Made by a program: the position numbers and the translations under genes. The notes under the pieces were generated by a model. It ran no database searches, was not told the DNA's origin, and saw only the letters and a list, made by a program, of their open reading frames with translations. Below, piece after piece: positions 40,147 to 46,245 of a stretch of DNA of 46,245 bases (the stretch's first letter is position 1; the number at the start of each line of letters is the position of its first letter). The stretch is from assembly GCF_004010195.1 (NCBI RefSeq), contig NC_057711.1:75318722-75364966 (forward strand), read 5' to 3'. Source of the DNA: Chiloscyllium plagiosum (Eukaryota).

Positions 40147-40469
40147 GGGCAGCACGATGGCACAGTGGTTAGCACTGCTGCCTCACAGCGCCAGAGACCC
40201 GGATTCAATTCCCACTTCAGGTAACTGTCTGTGTGGAGTTTGCCCATTCTTCCTGTGTCTGCGTGGGTTTCCTCTGGATGCTCCGGTTTCCTCCCACCGT
40301 CCAAAAATGTGCAGGTTAGGTGAATTGGCCATACTAAATTGCCCGTAGAGTTAGGTGAAGGAGTAAATGTAAGGGAATGGGTCTGGGTGGGTTGCTCTTC
40401 GGAAGGTCGGTGTGGACTGGTTGGGCCGAAGGGCCTGTTTCCACACTGTAGGTAATCTAAATCTAAATC
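40147..40469 (+). mobile_element. tRNA-derived V-SINE (shark HE1-type), full length
   Basis: Pol III A box tggcacagtgg (40158-40168) and B box ggattcaattcc (40201-40212). V-domain ctgtgtggagtttgc..gcgtgggtttcctc..gctccggtttcctccca. CR1-like tail gggccgaagggcctgtttcc plus (aatcta)n. Confidence 0.92.
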
Positions 40470-42829
40470 AGTGAGCACTTTCACTTCCTGAAATCTCCCA
40501 TAGATTACTTTGCCCAAGACATCTTGAGGAACGCCTGTTTTGGAATCCAAGGGTAGAATGATTGGACATCACCTACCACAACCATCTTCCTTTGTGCCCT
40601 GTGATTCTGTAATTCTGTTTCCTCTTACTTCCCATTATCATAATTTGTGCCATAAACTATCGAATGATGTTTGCTGTCAAAGGCAATGACCATTAATTCA
40701 ATTGTTCAAGTCACTTTTTTTAACCATATTTGGTCAAAGACTGTAATGAGATCTGAATCTGAGTGGGCCTGGCAGACCTCCATTGGATCATTGGTGAGAA
40801 AGTTCTACATGTTAGAAGTGGTTATGACACCTTTCATCATTTGACTGACTGGGAGTAGATTAATGGGATGAGAATTATTCGGTTTGGGTTTGCCTTTTTT
40901 TTCACATTCCCAAGTAGATGTCACTATTGTATATCTACTGAAACAGTTAAGTAAGAGGCCTGGCTGGTACTGAATGACTAGGTTTCAATATTACTACCAC
41001 TGTGTTGTCAGGCTCCATAGCCTTTACTGTATCTGGTGCCTTTAGCTATTTTTTAATATCACATGGAATGGATTGAATTGGGTCCTCAGGAGGATCATAC
41101 CTGAGCACTTGAAGGTTGTTGCTTTGTACTTCAGCTAGTGTACACTCCCACACTTCCCAATGAACTGAGATTAGCTTGATCATAATGACAAGGTGAGGAA
41201 CGTCAGGATAATGAGGTTAGATTATGGTACAATTTTGTTGTTGCTGATGGGCCACTGCAATTTATAAATGCCCACTATAAGTCTGCTAGGTCTGTTCTGA
41301 ATCTGTTTTATTTGATCTATTGGTAGTGCCTCATGTCACAATGGAGTGTGAAGACACAACTTAAGAACTTGTGGATAGGAATGACCAATGCACACTGTGC
41401 AGCTGTGAGGTAGTTTAAGGATGAAGTTGTGTAATGTTTTTCTCCACCTGCTGCACAATCTGTCAGTCTGGCAGGTACATAGATTTTGGCTTGCTAGATG
41501 TGAGTGGTGTTGAGCAATTATTGGTGAAAGACATTGTATTCTGTGTGGAGAAAATTCATTATAGTTTACTTGGCTATTGCCAGTGCTTCTTCTAATTTTC
41601 AAATTTAACATTGAGGCGTACTGACTCACCAACTGAGGGAGAAAGTTAGTGGTAATCAGCACAAGGTTTCATTGCTCATGTTTTGATTTAATGCCATTAG
41701 TCTTCATGGAAGCCAGAGACCATATCCTTCTGGCTGCATGCCAATATACAGTCCACCTCGGGTAAATCGATCCTGTGAGTGGGACAAAACAAACTCAGGA
41801 AATGCTTCTGAGACAAAGTCATGTTCACTGAAGCAGAGGTTCCAGGTTAGCCTGACTAGCCTGTGAGCCTCCTCTCCCATAGTTTTGCCATAGCCCCCCA
41901 GATGTTAAGATTTGAGTAGATTGCTGTGTGTCTGAGATCACGTGCATACCAGACCAGGTTAGGCCGGCAGATTTTCTTCCGGGCAAACTTTAGTGTATGA
42001 GATGGGGTTTTTAACTACACTTATGATCGCCATTATGCTCCAACTTTTTTTTAACTAATTTTAAACTTGCTACTGCATGAGTTCAGGTTTTGTGGCACAA
42101 GACAGAATTTAAAGGGTTAATAGAGTTGCTATTCAGTAATACACAACTGAGAAGCCCTGTTTATACGAACTGAAGGGTGCAGAATACCACTAGTCTCTAG
42201 TTCTTACATAACCCTGAAATCGGATATGCGAGATTGTTTACTCTGGGCTGTGTCAGTTCCAGTCATTTTTTTGGCAGATGTTAGTTTGCATTGCATATGA
42301 CTGGGAAAATCTCCTGTTTCGCATTCCAGGGGACCTTTGTACAGTATCCACCATGGCCCAAGGTTTCGACATTGTGCAATAAAAAAGCAATTTTGCAGTT
42401 CTAGTTGCCAGTCTTTTTTTTTCATAGCAGTAGATGAAGTTTCAACGTGTCATGCTGAGTATGGTGAAATCTGAAATATTTACAAAATTGAGTTGTTTTA
42501 TTATTCAAACAATAAGCCTGGATTTTAACTCTATAAGTGTAGGTAACAAGGTAAAGTGCAGAACATATGACCTCAGACCCTTCATAGCCCTCTTTTTGCA
42601 GCTTGCTTTCCCTGCCCCCAACAAGACAGCTGGTAGATTTCAACACTTGAACTTCATTAGCATGTTCCAAGTCTGCCGCCTCCTACCTGAACCTGCTGGA
42701 ATTAACATGCGGCCTGGAAGTAAAGTGGAATCTTGCACAGAATGAGGCCAGGAGCCTGGGACCTAAGGGAATTGATTAGAGTGGTGCTGGAAAAGCACAG
42801 CAGGTCAGGCAGCATCCGAGTAGCAGGAA

Positions 42830-42865
42830 AATTGATGTTTCGGGCAAAAGCCCTTCATCAGGAAT
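42830..42865 (-). ncRNA. Hammerhead ribozyme motif (left arm)
   Basis: Minus strand reads attc-CTGATGA-a-gggc/tttt/gccc-GAAA-c-ATC-aatt. Confidence 0.65.
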
Positions 42866-43025
42866 GGAGGCAGGGAGCCTCCAGGGTGGAGAGATAAATG
42901 GGGGTGGGGGGGGAGTGGGGCTGGGGAGAAGGGAGCAAAGAGTATCATGGGTAAATGGGGGTGGGGATGAAGATAGGTCAAAGAATTCTTTTGCTCTTTG
43001 CTACTTTCTCCCCAGCCCCACACCC

Positions 43026-43172
43026 CAGTTGTGTATTACTGAACAGCAACTCTATTAACCCTTTAAATTCTGTCCTGTGCCACAAAACCTGAACTCATGC
43101 AGTAGCAAGTTTAAAATTAGTTCAAAAAAATTGGAGAATAATGGTGACCATAAGTGTAGTTAAAAACCCCAT
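43026..43172 (-). repeat. Inverted copy of unique flank 42002-42149
   Basis: cagttgtgtattactgaa..aaaaaccccat is the reverse complement of atggggtttttaac..aatacacaactg, with about 7 differences in 148 nt. Confidence 0.96.
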
Positions 43173-43204
43173 TTATCCCTCCACTCTGGAGCCTCCCTGC
43201 CTCC

Positions 43205-43240
43205 ATTCCTGATGAAGGGCTTTTGCCCGAAACATCGATT
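43205..43240 (+). ncRNA. Hammerhead ribozyme motif (right arm)
   Basis: attc-CTGATGA(43209-15)-a-gggc/tttt/gccc-GAAA(43229-32)-c-ATC-gatt. Confidence 0.7.
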
Positions 43241-45034
43241 TTCCTGCTACTCGGATGCTGCCTGACCTGCTGTGCTTTTCCAGCACCACTCTAATCTAGA
43301 CTCTGGTTTCCAGCATCTGCAGTAGTCACTTTTGCCTACCGAAGGGAATGGTCTGCAGCACAATGGTGAATGAACAGGGGATCTTAAGGTACTCAATTAG
43401 GGGAATGGAAGGGACGTCTGGATTAGAGAAGGTCCCAAAGTTTCTTTGTGGGACTAGGGAAATTTTTTTCCCCCTCTTCATCAGTTAAAAGTATATATTA
43501 AAACAAAGCTCTTATAGCTGCAATCTTGCTGCCTTTCCTTGACTGGTCCAGCACTGAATCTCACTGCTGCCTCTGATTTATAATTGTGTCAGATCCGAAT
43601 TATGATCCCAATGCTTAAATATTAATGGTGACCCCATCTCCTTGGTACAGGCAATCTTGGATGCTGTAAGTGGTGGTAGATGCATATCTGGTGGCAGGTG
43701 CAAGAAGTGCTGAACCCGACCATGTTAAATATGTGACTATTTCCCATTCTTACTAGGTAGCCACAGTTTAAAAACTTAATATTTCTAAAAAAGAAATGTG
43801 TTAGTATCTATTTGGTTAAAAAAAATTGCCAACTGGCAATGGTCAAAATCAAACTACATTATTTCTTGAGGTGTGTTGCATAACATAATACAAATTCTAA
43901 TATGACACTGACAGCCTAATGGGATAACAAAGTTGATCAGTTGAAGTGTTGAAATTAAGGACACTTTATTTTAAGCACCTAAAATGTACATTTACAGACA
44001 CCTGCAATCAACTTCGAATTTTGGAATGTCTAGTGTAAATCTTTCCCTCGCTGTGTCATGGCTTTGCACCTATTAGTAATGGGTCTTTTTAAATGGCATC
44101 AGGCAAAATGTATCAACCAGGTTTTCATCCAAGAGACATATGATAGGAATCTTTCCCATCTTTACAATCCTGTTTGCCCTGTAGAACCTGCCAATACCAT
44201 TTCCCTTTGCTCATTTCCTCTAGAGTTTGCCAACAGAGATAAATAAATCGTGAAATAATTGAGGTAGAAGGCCATGTGGACTGATGTCTAGTCACCTGCG
44301 CAACTCTGCTTTTGTCAATACATTTGCAGGATGGTCATTGTCCTCCAAGATTACATTGTGCTTTATTTCTGTGTTGAGCTTATAAAGTGAGCAGAACTTA
44401 TTTACAAAATTGCTTTTCTTATCAGATCATTGTGTATCATGCAAATTCACATACAGGCCAAGGAACATCATATTAGGACCTGAAAATATCTCCAATTGCC
44501 CTGGAATTGTGACATTTCTCAAGTTTGATCTATAAGCTGAGCTAGTCATTTCACTTTGCAACTATACAGTGATGACACAAGTGTTATTTTCCACCAATAG
44601 AATGCTGCTGTCAGTCCAAAAAGTTGTTCTTCCTGGCACATACTTGCATAATATTATGTAAGTATTTCAAACCCAGTACAATGCCTAGTATAGGCATATG
44701 TCCAGATGATTTGCTGACTGAATCAAACCATATGTAATTGGCTGTTCATTATAAGCAGAATACACACTGTAGTCAAGAATCACATACTTGCAAACCACAA
44801 AACAAAACTTCTATCATTAAATGTGATTTTGAGATTGGGTGACTCTCTTGCTGAACAATCTTGTGTGTGCTAAACTATATCACAATCAATTTAAGGTTGA
44901 TCTCATTATGCTCTAATGTGACTCATTCAAGCTTGCTATAAATGATATTTATTCAGACACAAGAATCCATTTTCTGCTAATAAAACTATTATGTTCAAGT
45001 CTGAGGTTTTTTTAATTACCCGCAGCTTGGAGTG

Positions 45035-45226
45035 ACTATAATTCACCATTGCTTTCTCCATGGCAACATTGCAGCCAATCAGATTTGACTTGCTAACTGA
45101 TTTAGCACTTTCTCTGAAATATAAATTGTTGTCATCATCATATGAACTTGTGGCATTCTTACATTCGTTTTGATGAGTACAAGTTGAAAGCCCTCAACAA
45201 GAAGTCTCCTTTTCAGTAGCATTCAA
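45035..45226 (+). mobile_element. Old PLE-like 3' fragment with decayed hammerhead
   Basis: ccatggcaac..ccaatcag..tataaattgttg is followed by gtt-tTGATGA-gtacaagtt-GAAA-gcc-CTC-aac (45167-45198), with stem I gtt/aac. Confidence 0.45.
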
Positions 45227-45749
45227 CAATGCTCAAATTCTGCACTCACCAAAAAAAGTTAAATGTTCCTTTTTTTGTACAAAAAGAAACTAGGGCATCT
45301 TTTTTTAAAAAGCCACAAAAAGCAATGTCTGAATTCTACAGTGATTTAACCAAACCAGCCAGAGCTAGCAATGTCTGTTTTCTAGATCTAATTTAGTATA
45401 TAGCAAATTAATCTTTAATTTCCCATTAGACTTGCATTGAAACTTTTGGGAGAGAGGATGAACCTTATTACATAAACCCTAAATCAGCTAAAGAGAACAT
45501 TCAGTGCTGTAGGGTTTGAAACTAAGCTCCAGAATATTATTGGATCGCATCCATAAACAAATAATCTCGCATGAAGTATTCTGCAGTATTCGAAAATGAG
45601 GAAGGTCATAAGTCCTTCATAAAACATGACCTGGAACACTTATTGGTTACATTTTTGAGTGTAGTCTCTTTACAGTGCCAGCACTCTCATCACAAATTTT
45701 AAAATTCATCCTTCTGTCATGCCTTCAACATTTAAGAACAAAATTTAAA

Positions 45750-46245
45750 TCTATGGCACTGAATGACATAGCGTCGGATGATGTGGAGTCTGTGTGGGTG
45801 GAATTGAGGAACCACAAGGGCAAAGAAACCATAATGGTAGTTATGTACAGACCTCCTAACAGTGGTCAAGACCAGGGGCGCAACATGTACCGGAAAATAG
45901 AGAAGGCATGTCAGAAAGGCAAGATCACGGTGATCATGGGAGACTTCAATGTGCAGGTGGACTGGGTAAATAATGTTGCCAGTGGATCCATGGAATGCTT
46001 ACAGGATGGCTTTCTGGAACAGCTTGTCATGGAGCCCACAAGGGAGCAGGCTATTCTGGACCTAGTGCTATGTAATGAACCAGACTTTATAAAAAAATCT
46101 TAAAGTAAGGGAACACTTAGGAAGGAGCGATCATAATATGGTGGAGTTCAGTCTGCAGTTTGAAAGAGAGAAGACAAAATTGGATGTAATGGTGTTACAG
46201 TTAAATAAAGGTAATTATGAGGGCATGAGAGAGGAACTGACGAAA
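45750..46245 (+). mobile_element. CR1 LINE ORF2 APE endonuclease region, running off the window
   Basis: DVESVWVELRNHKG..MYRPPNSG..VIMGDFN..DW..FLEQLVMEPTREQAILDLVLCNE, then SDHNMVEF. Confidence 0.93.

Larger units (their letters stand above)
39270..41080 (-). mobile_element. Degraded L2/Crack-like LINE, interrupted by a PLE fragment and a SINE
   Basis: Minus strand at about 41080-40900 reads PIQSIPCDIKK*LKAPDTVKAMEPDN..ILKP..LFQ*IYNSDIY..M*K (pre-RT region). The 3' end motif ttgccc..gtggtggtgagctgcc is at about 39295-39325. It may extend further right. Confidence 0.65.
42773..43337. mobile_element. Penelope-like inverted-pLTR insertion with 12-bp TSD
   Basis: 42774-42940 is the reverse complement of about 42995-43297 (minus the insert), with an unpaired 40-nt tail at 43298-43337. 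acctaagggaat (42761-42772) matches accgaagggaat (43338-43349). Confidence 0.92.

Noticed and set aside
40147..40220. tRNA gene
   Set aside because: The A and B boxes belong to the SINE head and continue directly into the V-domain and LINE-derived tail.
40047..40550. 167-aa minus-strand ORF
   Set aside because: It is the antisense reading of the SINE (GRKPEHPEETHADTGR is a common SINE-derived artefact).
1..46245. Prokaryotic-type systems (CRISPR array, operon, retron or defence locus) or an endogenous virus
   Set aside because: There are no regularly spaced repeats, no dense coding and no viral protein motifs. All RT-like sequence is assignable to eukaryotic retroelements.

Overview
Eukaryotic, roughly 40% GC, repeat-rich non-coding DNA (intronic or intergenic), most likely from a cartilaginous fish. 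This is inferred from an HE1-type V-SINE and from the shark-type CR1 and Penelope families. I recognise no intact host exon. Nearly all ORFs in the track are transposon fragments or chance ORFs. The window holds about ten CR1 LINE fragments, a 2.6 kb Rex1/Babar LINE, a degraded L2/Crack-like LINE, a Gypsy relic split by a Harbinger insert, Harbinger relics (one HARBI1-type transposase and two intron-containing Myb/SANT genes) and ten Penelope-like (PLE) insertions. The PLEs belong to about five sequence families, and most carry recognisable minimal hammerhead-ribozyme motifs. The most unusual signals are three local copy-paste events of 26, about 138 and about 148 bp from 0.7-1.2 kb away. One of them is inverted and splits a G-quadruplex motif inside a TSD-flanked inverted PLE. 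Repeat family names are from my own recognition, not from database searches, and boundaries of degraded elements are approximate.
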